In this document: positions 16,899 through 26,552 of the stretch, piece after piece
Layout of the letters: every line of letters begins with the position of its first letter
Numbering within the stretch: position 1 is the stretch's first letter
Origin: an uncultured Eubacteriales bacterium
GTDB lineage: Bacteria > Bacillota > Clostridia > Monoglobales > CAYZNM01
Assembly: GCA_964479875.1 (NCBI GenBank)
Contig: CAYZNM010000006.1
Coordinates: 4,565-68,564, forward strand
Length of the DNA stretch: 64,000 bases
Direction: 5' to 3'
Translations under genes and position numbers: made by a program
Notes under the pieces: generated by a model
Told to the model about the DNA's origin: nothing
Database searches by the model: none
What the model saw: the letters and a program-made list of their open reading frames with translations, nothing else

Positions 16899-18206
16899 TT
16901 AGAATATTTGTTTGCCGAATAGGTCTAAGTCCATGTAGTCTGTGATTTCTACTTGGGCGAATGTGCCGATTTCCTGCGGCTTTGTCGTGGTGAAGTAGAC
17001 TTTTGTGTCCACGTCTACGGTGTCGGCATAGCTTCTGCCGTGGTAATGCTTGATTTCGCTGTCGTATCCTTCGATGAGGACTTTGTAGGTTTTGCCGATA
17101 TTTTGTTCCAGCATGTCCTCCATTATGTCGTGTTGTAGTTCCATTATGGCGTCAGCGCGTTGATGCTTTTCTTCTTCGTCGACTTTGTTTGGGAGTTCTG
17201 CCGATGGTGTGTCCTGCTCGCTGTAGGGGAATACGCCCATGCGCTCGAATTTGTTGTGCCCTACGAAGTGGCACAGTTCGTCGTAAATTTCCTCGGTTTC
17301 TCCAGGGAAGCCTACGATGAAGGTTGTGCGGATTACTACGCCGGGGATTTTTGCGCGGAGCTTGTCGATTAGTTCTTGTAATTCTTGCTTGCTGCCGCCT
17401 CTGCCCATGGTGCGTAGGATTTCATCGTTGCAATGTTGCAACGGCATGTCGATGTAGTTGCAGATTTTGTCGTTTTGCGCGATGAAGTCGATAAGCTCGT
17501 CTGTGATGCGTTCGGGGTAGAGGTAGTGCAGGCGAATCCACTCGATGGCTTCTATGGCGCACAGCTTTTCCAGTAGCGGAACAAGTTGCGGCTTGCCGTA
17601 GAGGTCTTGTCCGTAGTTGGTGGTGTCTTGGGCGATTAGGATTAACTCCTTCGCACCTGCTTCGGCGAAGCTTGACGCTTCAGCGACTATGCTTTCGATG
17701 GTGCGGCTTTGGTAGGGGCCGCGTATGTCGGGAATTACGCAGTATGTGCAGCGATTGTCGCAGCCGTCGGCGACTTTGATGTAGGCAGTGTGCGCTTCCG
17801 CGGTGACGTAGCGCGGCGTGTCGCTTAGTTGATATGTGCCGTCGGTCAGTTCGCAGATGTCGCTTTCGATTGCGTCGACTATATCCGTGTAATGTCCTAC
17901 GCCGACTACGCAGTCGACCTCCGGGATTTCCTTCATTATTTCATCTTTGTGCTTTTGCGCAAGACAGCCGCTTACGATTAATCGCGTGCATTTGCCCTCG
18001 CGCCGATACTCTGCCATTTCCAGGATTGTGTCGATGGCTTCCTGCTCGGCGGCTTCTATGAAGCAGCAGGTGTTTACTACGATGATGTCCGCGTCCTCTT
18101 CGTGAGGCACGACTTCGTAGCCTGCTTCTGATATTTTGTACAGCATTTGCTCGGCGTCAAGCAAATTCTTTTCGCAGCCAAGCTGAACTATTGCTATGTT
18201 TTTCAT
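16899..18206 (-). CDS. rimO: ribosomal protein S12 methylthiotransferase (MiaB/RimO family radical SAM)
   Basis: 435 aa. N-terminal LGCEKNLLDAE...NTCCFI, radical-SAM CDNRCTYC and a C-terminal TRAM-like domain. Confidence 0.85.
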   Translation of the reverse strand: MKNIAIVQLGCEKNLLDAEQMLYKISEAGYEVVPHEEDADIIVVNTCCFIEAAEQEAIDTILEMAEYRREGKCTRLIVSGCLAQKHKDEIMKEIPEVDCVVGVGHYTDIVDAIESDICELTDGTYQLSDTPRYVTAEAHTAYIKVADGCDNRCTYCVIPDIRGPYQSRTIESIVAEASSFAEAGAKELILIAQDTTNYGQDLYGKPQLVPLLEKLCAIEAIEWIRLHYLYPERITDELIDFIAQNDKICNYIDMPLQHCNDEILRTMGRGGSKQELQELIDKLRAKIPGVVIRTTFIVGFPGETEEIYDELCHFVGHNKFERMGVFPYSEQDTPSAELPNKVDEEEKHQRADAIMELQHDIMEDMLEQNIGKTYKVLIEGYDSEIKHYHGRSYADTVDVDTKVYFTTTKPQEIGTFAQVEITDYMDLDLFGKQIF

Positions 18207-18649
18207 TCGGTATTTTCCTTATATTCATCTATCGCCGCGAGGATTTGACTCAGCTCAAAGCCGCGGCGGGATAGGTATGCAATTAATTTATTTCTATCTT
18301 TAGGTTCGTTTATACATAGCGTTGCGCACTTTTTCTCGATTAAGGGCGCAATCGCTTGGTATGTATCGGCGGCGGCTATGGATTTTTGTATGACATGCGC
18401 GTCGACGCCTTTTTCACGCAGCACTGCGTTTATTTTGTGCGAGCCGTAGCCGCGCGCGATTGCTGTTTTGACGTAGCGGCGGGCGTATTCCTCGTCGTTG
18501 AGATAGCCGCTTTCGGCTAGGTAGGCAGTGATTCGCTCCGCCATAGATTCGTCCGCGCCTTTATCGCACAGCTTGCGCGCAATCTCCGCGCGAGTATACA
18601 TTCGTGTGTATATCAGGCGCAGAGCGTATCGCTTCAAGTTTTCTTCCAT
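18203..18649 (-). CDS. recX: recombination regulator RecX
   Basis: 148-aa helical-repeat protein immediately downstream of recA. RLIYTRMYTRAEIARKL... matches the RecX pattern. Confidence 0.85.
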   Translation of the reverse strand: MEENLKRYALRLIYTRMYTRAEIARKLCDKGADESMAERITAYLAESGYLNDEEYARRYVKTAIARGYGSHKINAVLREKGVDAHVIQKSIAAADTYQAIAPLIEKKCATLCINEPKDRNKLIAYLSRRGFELSQILAAIDEYKENTE

Positions 18650-18655
18650 ATTATG

Positions 18656-19717
18656 CTACTCCGCAGATGTATCCTCTGTCGCAGCTTCGGTAAATTCGGC
18701 GTCGGATAGCGGAAGGTCGAAGTCTGCGCCGGCCTCGTTCACCTTGTCCATGATGAGCTTCTCGATTTCGAGAGCCATCTCCTTGTTGTCCTTGAGGAAC
18801 TTTTTCGCGTTATCTCTGCCTTGCCCCAGGCGTTGTTCGCCGTAGTTAAACCACGAGCCTGACTTTTTCACGACGTTCATAGCAACGCCGAGGTCTAGCA
18901 GCGTGCTTTCGTGCGATATGCCTTGTCCGTACATTATGTCGAACTCCGCTACTTTAAAGGGTGGCGCGACTTTGTTTTTGGCAACCTTAACGCGCGTCTT
19001 GTTGCCGACTATGTCAGAGCCTACCTTCAAGGCTTCGCTCTTGCGTACGTCAAGGCGCACCGACGCGTAGAACTTTAACGCCATACCGCCTGTAGTCGTT
19101 TCGGGATTTCCGTAGGAAACGCCGATTTTGCTGCGCAGCTGATTGATGAATATGCAGATGGTGTTAGTCTTGTTGATGATACCGCTTAGCTTTCGCAACG
19201 CTTGCGACATAAGGCGCGCTTGCAAGCCTACGTGGGAATCGCCCATTTCGCCGTCGATTTCGGCTTTCGGCACAAGCGCAGCCACGCTGTCGATTACCAC
19301 TATGTCAATCGCGCTGCTGCGCACGAGAGATTCGGCAATCTCGAGTGCTTGCTCACCAGTATCAGGCTGTGCAACAAGCAGCTCATTTATGTCAACGCCG
19401 AGTGCTTTCGCATAGCGTGGGTCAAGGGCGTGTTCTGCGTCGATAAACGCAGCAACGCCGCCTGCCTTTTGCACCTCCGCCGTGCAATGCAGCGCAACGG
19501 TAGTTTTACCGGACGATTCCGGCCCGAATATCTCAATGATACGTCCGCGCGGCAATCCGCCCACGCCCAGCGCAATATTTAAGGCAAGCGAGCCTGTCGA
19601 AACCACGTCAAAGTGCATTCCTGTATTTTCGCCAAGCTTCATTATAGAGCCTGTGCCGTATTGCTTCTCGATAAAATGAATCGCTTGCTCCAACGCCTTT
19701 TTGCGTTTCTCGTCCAA
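18656..19717 (-). CDS. recA: recombinase RecA
   Basis: 353 aa. GPESSGKTT Walker A and FIDAEHALD; canonical RecA throughout. Confidence 0.98.
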   Translation of the reverse strand: MDEKRKKALEQAIHFIEKQYGTGSIMKLGENTGMHFDVVSTGSLALNIALGVGGLPRGRIIEIFGPESSGKTTVALHCTAEVQKAGGVAAFIDAEHALDPRYAKALGVDINELLVAQPDTGEQALEIAESLVRSSAIDIVVIDSVAALVPKAEIDGEMGDSHVGLQARLMSQALRKLSGIINKTNTICIFINQLRSKIGVSYGNPETTTGGMALKFYASVRLDVRKSEALKVGSDIVGNKTRVKVAKNKVAPPFKVAEFDIMYGQGISHESTLLDLGVAMNVVKKSGSWFNYGEQRLGQGRDNAKKFLKDNKEMALEIEKLIMDKVNEAGADFDLPLSDAEFTEAATEDTSAE

Positions 19718-19759
19718 AATAAAACCCCCTTTTGATTACCGGTTATTGATTGTGAATTA

Positions 19760-20671
19760 TCAGTTGTTCATCGACAGGTATCGTTCGCCCGTATCAGGCA
19801 GCAGCGTCACTACACCGCTGTGCGACTTTGCAAGCAACGTCGCCGCGTGCAATGCCGCGCCGCCGGATATTCCGCAGAATACGCCTTCGGTTTCGGCAAG
19901 CAGCTTTCGCGCCGCATGACTGCTGTCCTCGTCTACAGTGATTATCTCGTCGATGATGTTTTTGTTGAGGATAGACGGAATGAAGCCTGCGCCTATGCCT
20001 TGAATGCCGTGCTTGCCCGGAGGATTTCCCGAGATTACAGCCGAAGCAGCTGGCTCGACCGCCACGATTTTCACGTGCGGCAGCTTCTCCTTCAGGTATT
20101 CGCCCACGCCTGTGATTGTGCCGCCTGTGCCTACGCCTGCTACAAAGTGCGTGATGTCGCCGCCTGTTGCTGCAAATATTTCGGGCGCGGTCGTGCTCTT
20201 GTGCGCTTGCACATTGGCAGGATTGTCGAATTGCATTGGCATGTATGAGTTAGGCGTTTGCGTGAGCAGCTCGTTCGCCTTTGCGATCGCGCCGCGCATA
20301 CCTTCGGCGGCAGGGGTAAGCACAAGCTCTGCGCCTAAGCCTTTCATCAGCATTCGACGCTCCATCGACATACTTTCGGGCATTACAAGTACGCACTTGT
20401 ACCCACGCGTCACCGCAACATACGCAAGCCCTATGCCTGTGTTGCCGCTTGTAGGCTCGATTATCACGCTGTCGGCTTTAAGCAAGCCGCGCTCCTCTGC
20501 GTCGGTTATCATGGAGAGGGCGACCCTATCCTTGACCGAGCTTAGTGGGTTGAACATCTCAAGCTTTGCCGTTATCGCGTTCACGCCCATACGCTCACTG
20601 TATTTATTCAAGCGCAGCATTGGCGTGTTGCCGATTAATTCTGTAATTGAGTTGTAGATTTTGTTATGCAT
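19760..20671 (-). CDS. cysK: cysteine synthase A (O-acetylserine sulfhydrylase)
   Basis: 303 aa. ELIGNTPMLRLN, NPLSSVKDR (PLP lysine) and GTGGTITG motifs. Confidence 0.95.
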   Translation of the reverse strand: MHNKIYNSITELIGNTPMLRLNKYSERMGVNAITAKLEMFNPLSSVKDRVALSMITDAEERGLLKADSVIIEPTSGNTGIGLAYVAVTRGYKCVLVMPESMSMERRMLMKGLGAELVLTPAAEGMRGAIAKANELLTQTPNSYMPMQFDNPANVQAHKSTTAPEIFAATGGDITHFVAGVGTGGTITGVGEYLKEKLPHVKIVAVEPAASAVISGNPPGKHGIQGIGAGFIPSILNKNIIDEIITVDEDSSHAARKLLAETEGVFCGISGGAALHAATLLAKSHSGVVTLLPDTGERYLSMNN

Positions 20672-20873
20672 ATATTAACCTGCCTTTGGGTATCGGGATT
20701 TGCCTTCCGAGCTCCGTCGCCGTTTCTATCCATTCGGATATTACAGTTTCAACGTTGTGTATCGCTTCGGCGTATGTCGCTCCGTCAGACATGCACCCTG
20801 GCAGCTCCGGCACTTCTGCAACGTAAGCGTTATCCTCGTCGCTCCAAAATATTATTATCTCATATTTATACAT
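20664..20873 (-). CDS. hicB: type II antitoxin, HicB family
   Basis: 69 aa. YEIIIFWSDEDNAYVAEVPELPGCMSDGATYAEAIHNVETVISEWIE is the HicB N-terminal fold signature. It overlaps hicA by 8 nt and the cysK start by 8 nt. Confidence 0.85.
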   Translation of the reverse strand: MYKYEIIIFWSDEDNAYVAEVPELPGCMSDGATYAEAIHNVETVISEWIETATELGRQIPIPKGRLIYA

Positions 20874-21129
20874 CGCTTTTTCCTTTCGATAATTTATACT
20901 TAATAATAATATTGCGGATTTGCTTGATTTGATACATTTTAGCCATATTTTTATTAGGTTGAATATTAATTATCTCTTTAATAGCATGTTTGGTAAAAAT
21001 ATGGTGGTCGCCCTTTATTCTCAATGAAAACCCAAGATACAGAAGCAGATTTACCATGTCGGAAAAACTAATATTCCTAATGTTGTTATCCGTTAGAATA
21101 TCTGTTAATAACTTCTCATTATCGTTCAT
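20866..21129 (-). CDS. hicA: type II toxin, HicA family mRNA interferase
   Basis: 87 aa from the ATG at 21129 (the track ORF starts at 21192 inside glyA). [16 protein letters not shown] matches the HicA GSHH-type motif. The start overlaps the glyA 3' end by 11 nt. Confidence 0.8.
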   Translation of the reverse strand: MNDNEKLLTDILTDNNIRNISFSDMVNLLLYLGFSLRIKGDHHIFTKHAIKEIINIQPNKNMAKMYQIKQIRNIIIKYKLSKGKSDV

Positions 21130-22354
21130 ACAACGGGTACTTCTTGCACAGCGCGTCCACGCGCTCCACAATCTTATCCTTGCTACCCTCATAATCGGTC
21201 AGACAAACATAAATCATGTCCGCGATTTCCTTCATATCGTCAACCTTCATACCGCGTGTTGTCACCGCAGGCGTACCAATGCGAATGCCTGATGTCACCA
21301 TCGGACTAAGCGGCTCTTTCGGGATTGAGTTTTTGTTTACAGTAATGCGCACGCTGTCGAGGTTCTTCTCCGCTTGCTTGCCTGTAATATCCAGCTTGCG
21401 CAGGTCTAGCAGCAGCAAGTGAGTGTCCGTTCCACCGGACACTATGTCAACGCCTTTTTCCTTGAATGAGATTTCAAGCTGCTTTGCGTTCTTTATGATG
21501 TTGGTTTGGTATTCTTTGAACTCAGGCTGCAACGCTTCCTTGAAGCATACGGCCTTGCCTGCGATAATGTGCAGCAGTGGGCCGCCTTGCGTTCCGGGGC
21601 AGATTGCTTTGTCGATGGCTTTTGCGTATTGCTCCTTGCAAAGTATCATGCCGCCGCGAGGTCCGCGCAATGTTTTATGCGTTGTCGTGGTAACGAAGTC
21701 AGCGTATGGCACGGGGGATGGATGCAGCCCTGCCGCGATTAATCCCGCGATGTGTGCCATGTCCACGAGCAGGTATGCGCCTACCGCGTCCGCGATTTCG
21801 CGGAACTTCGCAAAGTCGATGGTGCGCGAATACGCGCTTGCTCCTGCGACAATCATGCGCGGCTTGTGCGTCTTTGCAAGCTCCATGATATTGTCGTAGT
21901 CGAGCAGATTAGTCTTTTCGTCCACCTCATAGCCAACAGGCTTGAAGAAGTCGCCGGAAATATTTACGCTTGCGCCGTGTGTCAAGTGACCGCCGCTGCC
22001 TAGGTTTAAGCCGAGGATAGTGTCGCCCGGACGCAGCATTGCAAAATACACGGCTGTGTTAGCCGACGAACCGCTGTGCGGCTGCACATTCGCGTGCTCC
22101 GCTCCAAACAATTGCTTCGCGCGGTCGATTGCCAGATTCTCCACAACGTCCACGCATTCGCAGCCGCCGTAATAACGTCTGCCCGGATAGCCTTCCGCAT
22201 ACTTATTGGTAAGGTGCGACCCTGCCGCCTCCATAACCGCAGCCGAAGTAAAATTCTCCGACGCGATTAATTCTATATTGTTCTGCTGACGACGAAGCTC
22301 CGCCGCGATAGCGTCCGCAACTTCTCTATCCTGTGCTTTCAGTATATCGAACAT
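21119..22354 (-). CDS. glyA: serine hydroxymethyltransferase
   Basis: 411 aa. [22 protein letters not shown] (PLP lysine). Canonical SHMT. Confidence 0.98.
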   Translation of the reverse strand: MFDILKAQDREVADAIAAELRRQQNNIELIASENFTSAAVMEAAGSHLTNKYAEGYPGRRYYGGCECVDVVENLAIDRAKQLFGAEHANVQPHSGSSANTAVYFAMLRPGDTILGLNLGSGGHLTHGASVNISGDFFKPVGYEVDEKTNLLDYDNIMELAKTHKPRMIVAGASAYSRTIDFAKFREIADAVGAYLLVDMAHIAGLIAAGLHPSPVPYADFVTTTTHKTLRGPRGGMILCKEQYAKAIDKAICPGTQGGPLLHIIAGKAVCFKEALQPEFKEYQTNIIKNAKQLEISFKEKGVDIVSGGTDTHLLLLDLRKLDITGKQAEKNLDSVRITVNKNSIPKEPLSPMVTSGIRIGTPAVTTRGMKVDDMKEIADMIYVCLTDYEGSKDKIVERVDALCKKYPLYER

Positions 22355-22401
22355 TTTTAATCTCCTTTATATTTTTCTTTTGCAAGCTATCATATAAAAT
22401 A

Positions 22402-22430
22402 ATTATACATTATAATAGTGTATTTTGCAA
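22402..22430 (-). promoter_or_regulatory. predicted sigma-A promoter of glyA
   Basis: On the minus strand: TTGCAA (22425-22430) -17 nt- TATAAT (22402-22407), about 48 nt upstream of the glyA ATG. Confidence 0.5.
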
Positions 22431-22512
22431 GCACAATAAAGATTTTTTGTGCAATGTTCGCTCCGCCGCAGCTCAACAAAATAAAAACAAAATCCATACA
22501 ATTAGCAGAGTG

Positions 22513-22541
22513 TTGAATGTTCGTTTATAGTGTGTTATAAT
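22513..22541 (+). promoter_or_regulatory. predicted promoter of GNAT gene 1
   Basis: TTGAAT (22513-22518) -17- TATAAT (22536-22541). The promoter/5'UTR block is duplicated upstream of GNAT gene 2. Confidence 0.55.
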
Positions 22542-22578
22542 TTTTGTGAAGGTTACTTAAATTTTAGGAGGGTACATT

Positions 22579-23016
22579 GTGAATATTGAATACAAAGAAA
22601 TCAATGCCGAAATGCTTAAAGAAATAAGTGAAAAATTTGACACTGATTGGATTGTAAAGTATACCAAGCTTGGAAGTGAAGAATTTGGTTTGGCAGCTTT
22701 TGATGGCGATGTTCCCGTAGGATATATAATTATTGCTCCGGCAGCGTTGAGATATCCATTGGAGCATTTAAAAGACGCATTTATCCAAATTATTGAAGTC
22801 GATGAGAATTACCAACGCCGCGGAATAGGGCAACATTTAGTTGCACGTTCAGAAGAATGGGCAAAAAAAGCAGGATTCAAGCAAATTCGCACTCATAGCA
22901 ATGACAAGGCAGCGAACGCGATAAGGATGTGGCATAAATTAAACTATGGTTTGTGCCCACATGTTTATTATGCCGAAGAAGGCTGCATGGGATATTGGGT
23001 TGCAAAAGTTTTATAA
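22579..23016 (+). CDS. GNAT-family N-acetyltransferase
   Basis: 145 aa, GTG start after GGAGGG. Acetyl-CoA motif QRRGIGQHLV. AT-rich. Confidence 0.85.
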   Translation: MNIEYKEINAEMLKEISEKFDTDWIVKYTKLGSEEFGLAAFDGDVPVGYIIIAPAALRYPLEHLKDAFIQIIEVDENYQRRGIGQHLVARSEEWAKKAGFKQIRTHSNDKAANAIRMWHKLNYGLCPHVYYAEEGCMGYWVAKVL

Positions 23017-23050
23017 GCTCTGACATTTCAGCACGTGCAAAATCGCAAAT

Positions 23051-23068
23051 GGGCGGATAATTCCGTCC
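23051..23068. repeat. REP-like hairpin GGGCGGATAATTCCGTCC (degenerate copy)
   Basis: Read directly. Homologous to 23714-23737 and 32209-32232. Confidence 0.6.
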
Positions 23069-23117
23069 ATACATATGCACACCTTTTTGATATAGTTGTG
23101 ATAAGATTAATCGCGTG

Positions 23118-23146
23118 TTAAATATTCCTTTGTTGTGTGTTATAAT
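23118..23146 (+). promoter_or_regulatory. predicted promoter of GNAT gene 2
   Basis: TTAAAT (23118-23123) -17- TATAAT (23141-23146). The downstream UTR GTGTGTTATAATTTTGTTGAAGGTTATTTATATTTGTGGAGG parallels 22528-22572. Confidence 0.55.
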
Positions 23147-23182
23147 TTTGTTGAAGGTTATTTATATTTGTGGAGGTAGAAT

Positions 23183-23635
23183 ATGGCTAAAAAAATGTGC
23201 TATATAATAAACAAGGATAATTTGAGTTTGCACAAAAAACAGGATAATGCAAGGCTATTATTTAGAAGAGATTTTGAAGAATATGACTTTGATATTAAAA
23301 ATATGTTAGGCTGGTATTATCCTAATTTTTGTTATGCAACAATCATTGATAATAAAATAATATCATGTGCAAGTGCCGGACATCATGCGGACAAAGTTTC
23401 TAATAAGATTATAGATATAAGCACGAAAACGCACGAGGATTACAGGCACAAAGGCTATTCAGTTTCAAATGTAGTTGCGTTGTGCGAGTATATTTTTAGT
23501 ATGCATGAAGAAAAGGAAATACTTTGGATAACTGATATTGATAATATTGCCTCGCAAAAAACTGCATTATCAGCCGGATTTACGAAAGTACCCTTTATAT
23601 ACTATTTGTTCAAAAAATTAAAAGCAAAATTATAA
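23183..23635 (+). CDS. GNAT-family acetyltransferase-like protein
   Basis: 150 aa. HRHKGYSVSNVVALCEYI and NIASQKTALSAGF resemble GNAT motifs A/B. AT-rich. Confidence 0.7.
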   Translation: MAKKMCYIINKDNLSLHKKQDNARLLFRRDFEEYDFDIKNMLGWYYPNFCYATIIDNKIISCASAGHHADKVSNKIIDISTKTHEDYRHKGYSVSNVVALCEYIFSMHEEKEILWITDIDNIASQKTALSAGFTKVPFIYYLFKKLKAKL

Positions 23636-23713
23636 TGTTATTAGAGTTAAGATAATGAGCATAATCTTCACAAACAAGCCGCAACATTGCAGCACATTCG
23701 GAATCACGCGCAA

Positions 23714-23737
23714 GGGCGGATAATTCCGCCCCCTACA
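23714..23737. repeat. REP-like hairpin GGGCGGATAATTCCGCCCCCTACA
   Basis: Read directly. Same family as 32209-32232. Confidence 0.7.
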
Positions 23738-23759
23738 TACGTACACCATTTTGCCCCAC

Positions 23760-23788
23760 TTGACTAAACCCTACATTTATAATATAAT
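23760..23788 (+). promoter_or_regulatory. predicted promoter of serC-serA
   Basis: TTGACT (23760-23765) -17- TATAAT (23783-23788). Confidence 0.55.
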
Positions 23789-23822
23789 GAAGATAAATGT
23801 TAGAAAAATACTTGGAGGGCTT

Positions 23823-24896
23823 ATGAATAGAGTGATTAACTTTTCGGCGGGTCCCGCTACTTTACCTGCCGCTGTTTTGGAAAAGGCGCGTGACGAGCTG
23901 CTTTGCTACGGCGAAACAGGCGTCAGCGTAATGGAAATGAGTCACCGCACCAAGATGTTTGAGAATATACTTAACGATACATCAGCTCTGCTTAAAGAGC
24001 TATTGCACATACCTGAAAATTACAAAATTCTCTACATGGCAGGCGGCGCAACACAGCAATTCGCGTCAGTGCCTATGAACTTAGCGCACGGCTTCAAAAA
24101 CGCAAGCTATGCAGTTACAGGCGAATTTGCCAAAAAGGCTGCTGATGAAGCAAAGGCATATCTGCCTATCAACATAGCAGCAGACAGCTCCGCAGACAAA
24201 TACAACCACGTTCCGGCAATAGACGTATCCGCGCTCGACAAAGACACAGCCTACCTGCACATCACAACCAACAACACAGTTTTCGGCACGCACTACTCAT
24301 CTATTCCGGATACTGGCAGCATTCCCCTTGTGGCAGACATGTCCTCCAACATTTTAGGCGAGGAGATGGACATAACGAAATTTGCAGCCGTATACGCAGG
24401 CGCACAAAAGAATATCGGCCTAGCAGGCGTTACAATCGCAATCGTACGCGACGATATGCTTGAGCGCAAAGCGAATCCCCTTACACCCACGACCATGATG
24501 TACAGCAAGTATGCCAAGGAAGGTATGTACAATACCCCTGCGACATACTCCATCTACATGTGCAAGCTAGTGTTCGAGTGGATTAAGGGCTTAGGCGGCG
24601 TAGCGGCAATCGAAGCTATCAACAAGCAAAAGGCCGCGCTGCTCTACGACGCAATCGACAAATCCGCAATATTCAAAGGCAACGTTAAGCCCGAGAGCCG
24701 CTCCATCATGAACGTAACCTTCTCCTCCGGAAACGAAGACACCGATAAACGCTTCCTCGAAGGCGCAGCAAAAGAAGGTATGATTAACCTGAAGGGCCAC
24801 AGAGCAACAGGCGGAATCCGCGCTTCCATCTACAACGCAATGGACTTAGCAAGCGTAAAGGTTCTCGCAGACTACATCAACAACTTTAAGGAGTAG
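23823..24896 (+). CDS. serC: phosphoserine aminotransferase
   Basis: MNRVINFSAGPATLP... canonical SerC N-terminus with a GGAGGG RBS. The track ORF start at 23751 reads through the promoter. Confidence 0.95.
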   Translation: MNRVINFSAGPATLPAAVLEKARDELLCYGETGVSVMEMSHRTKMFENILNDTSALLKELLHIPENYKILYMAGGATQQFASVPMNLAHGFKNASYAVTGEFAKKAADEAKAYLPINIAADSSADKYNHVPAIDVSALDKDTAYLHITTNNTVFGTHYSSIPDTGSIPLVADMSSNILGEEMDITKFAAVYAGAQKNIGLAGVTIAIVRDDMLERKANPLTPTTMMYSKYAKEGMYNTPATYSIYMCKLVFEWIKGLGGVAAIEAINKQKAALLYDAIDKSAIFKGNVKPESRSIMNVTFSSGNEDTDKRFLEGAAKEGMINLKGHRATGGIRASIYNAMDLASVKVLADYINNFKE

Positions 24897-24900
24897 GCGC

Positions 24901-26064
24901 ATGTACAATATTCTCACTTTAAATAAAATCGCAGCAATAGGAACGAATGTATTCGGCGACAATTATAAGGTGGCGTCCGAGATTGATAATCCCACGGCGA
25001 TACTGGTGCGAAGCGCGGCAATGCACGACATGGAGCTTCCCGAAAGCGTTGTAGGCGTAGCACGCGCAGGTGCAGGCGTGAACAACATTCCGATTGACAG
25101 CTACAGCAAAAAAGGCGTTGTTGTGTTTAACACTCCGGGCGCGAACGCTAACGCAGTGAAGGAGCTTGTTATCGCCGCAATGCTGCTGTCCAGCCGCAAA
25201 ATCGTGGACGGCATAAATTGGGCGAATGGACTGGAAAAGAATGACGACGTGCCTAAGCTGGTAGAAAAAGGCAAGTCGCAATTCGGCGGCTGTGAAATAG
25301 CAGGCAAGCGTTTGGGCATAATAGGCTTAGGCGCAATCGGCGCGTTGGTTGCAAACGCAGCTCTTGCACTCGGCATGGAAGTTATCGGCATCGACCCTTA
25401 TATCTCAGTAGAAGGCGCATGGCGTCTGCCCAACTTTGTAAAGCGTGCCGCAAGCAACAAGGAGATATTTGAAACCTGCGACTACATCACAATGCACGCC
25501 CCCCTGACAAGCGAAACCACCGACACGATCGACATGGAAGCCTTGTCGCAACTTAAAAAAGGCGTAAAGATTATAAACACCTCCCGCGGCGCACTCGTAA
25601 ACACCGAAGCCGTGTTAAAAGGCATAGAGGAAGGCATAATCTCCTGCTACGTAACCGACTTCCCAGATAAAGACATGATCGGCAAGCCCGGAATCATCGC
25701 AATCCCTCACCTAGGCGCAAGCACCGAGGAAAGCGAAGACAACTGCGCAGTTATGGCAGCAAGCCAAATCAAAGACTTCATCGAAAACGGCAACATCGTA
25801 AACTCCGTGAACTTCCCCAATGTTACAATGGAGCGTCAAACAAAATACCGCATTGCAGTTACGCATAAGAATATCCCCAACATGCTAGGCAATATCAGCC
25901 TTGCCGTAGGCAGCCTCGGCATAAACATCAACGACATGTTAAACAAGAGCAAAGGCGAAAACGGCTACACATTAATCGACATCGACGACGCCGTGACACA
26001 GGAGCTGCTCGACAAAATCGCAGGCATAGACGGCATATTTAAGGTGCGCGAGTGCAAGGCGTAG
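24901..26064 (+). CDS. serA: D-3-phosphoglycerate dehydrogenase (with C-terminal ACT-like domain)
   Basis: 387 aa. NAD-binding GIIGLGAIG and a D-2-hydroxyacid dehydrogenase core, downstream of serC. Confidence 0.9.
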   Translation: MYNILTLNKIAAIGTNVFGDNYKVASEIDNPTAILVRSAAMHDMELPESVVGVARAGAGVNNIPIDSYSKKGVVVFNTPGANANAVKELVIAAMLLSSRKIVDGINWANGLEKNDDVPKLVEKGKSQFGGCEIAGKRLGIIGLGAIGALVANAALALGMEVIGIDPYISVEGAWRLPNFVKRAASNKEIFETCDYITMHAPLTSETTDTIDMEALSQLKKGVKIINTSRGALVNTEAVLKGIEEGIISCYVTDFPDKDMIGKPGIIAIPHLGASTEESEDNCAVMAASQIKDFIENGNIVNSVNFPNVTMERQTKYRIAVTHKNIPNMLGNISLAVGSLGININDMLNKSKGENGYTLIDIDDAVTQELLDKIAGIDGIFKVRECKA

Positions 26065-26094
26065 TTCTTATCCTAAACCATATAGGTGACAAAA

Positions 26095-26340
26095 ATGAGG
26101 TTGTCCAAAAACGCAGCCAAATGGTTGGATAACGCCGATAACTCTACGGCAAAAAGAATAATCGATGCAATAAAACGTTTACCTGCGGGTGATGTAATCC
26201 CGTTAAAAGGTAGTAGCAATGAATTCAGGCTTAGAATAGGCAAGTATAGGGTAGTGTTCACGAAGGAAATGAACGATATATATGTAACGAGGATAGACAG
26301 CCGAGGTGGAATCTATAAAGGATTGTGGGTGATGATATGA
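26095..26340 (+). CDS. RelE/ParE-superfamily type II toxin
   Basis: AIKRLPAGDVIPLKGSSNEFRLRIGKYRVVFTKEMNDIYVTRIDSRGGIYK is the RelE/StbE pattern (..yRlRiGdyRviy...i.v..i.hR...Y). The ATG at 26095 follows AGGTG (the track uses GTG 26086). Confidence 0.8.
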   Translation: MRLSKNAAKWLDNADNSTAKRIIDAIKRLPAGDVIPLKGSSNEFRLRIGKYRVVFTKEMNDIYVTRIDSRGGIYKGLWVMI

Positions 26341-26552
26341 CACAAAAAAGAGAGCGGTTAAGAGGTATCATAGACATAATACCAGAAGAAGATATTGACA
26401 GGTTATATGTCATGCTTTCTGCTTTGATACCAGACGATGTGTTAACGCCCGAAGAACGCAAAGATGTAGATGAGAGCTATACTCAAATACTAAAAGGTGA
26501 CTATATCGACATCGACGAATACGAACGAAAGAGAAACTTACAATCCCATTAA
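26337..26552 (+). CDS. putative cognate antitoxin (acidic, no recognised DNA-binding fold)
   Basis: 71 aa. Its ATG overlaps the toxin TGA (ATGA). Acidic helical protein with an LTPEERKDVDESY motif. Assigned only from position and coupling. Confidence 0.5.
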   Translation: MTQKRERLRGIIDIIPEEDIDRLYVMLSALIPDDVLTPEERKDVDESYTQILKGDYIDIDEYERKRNLQSH

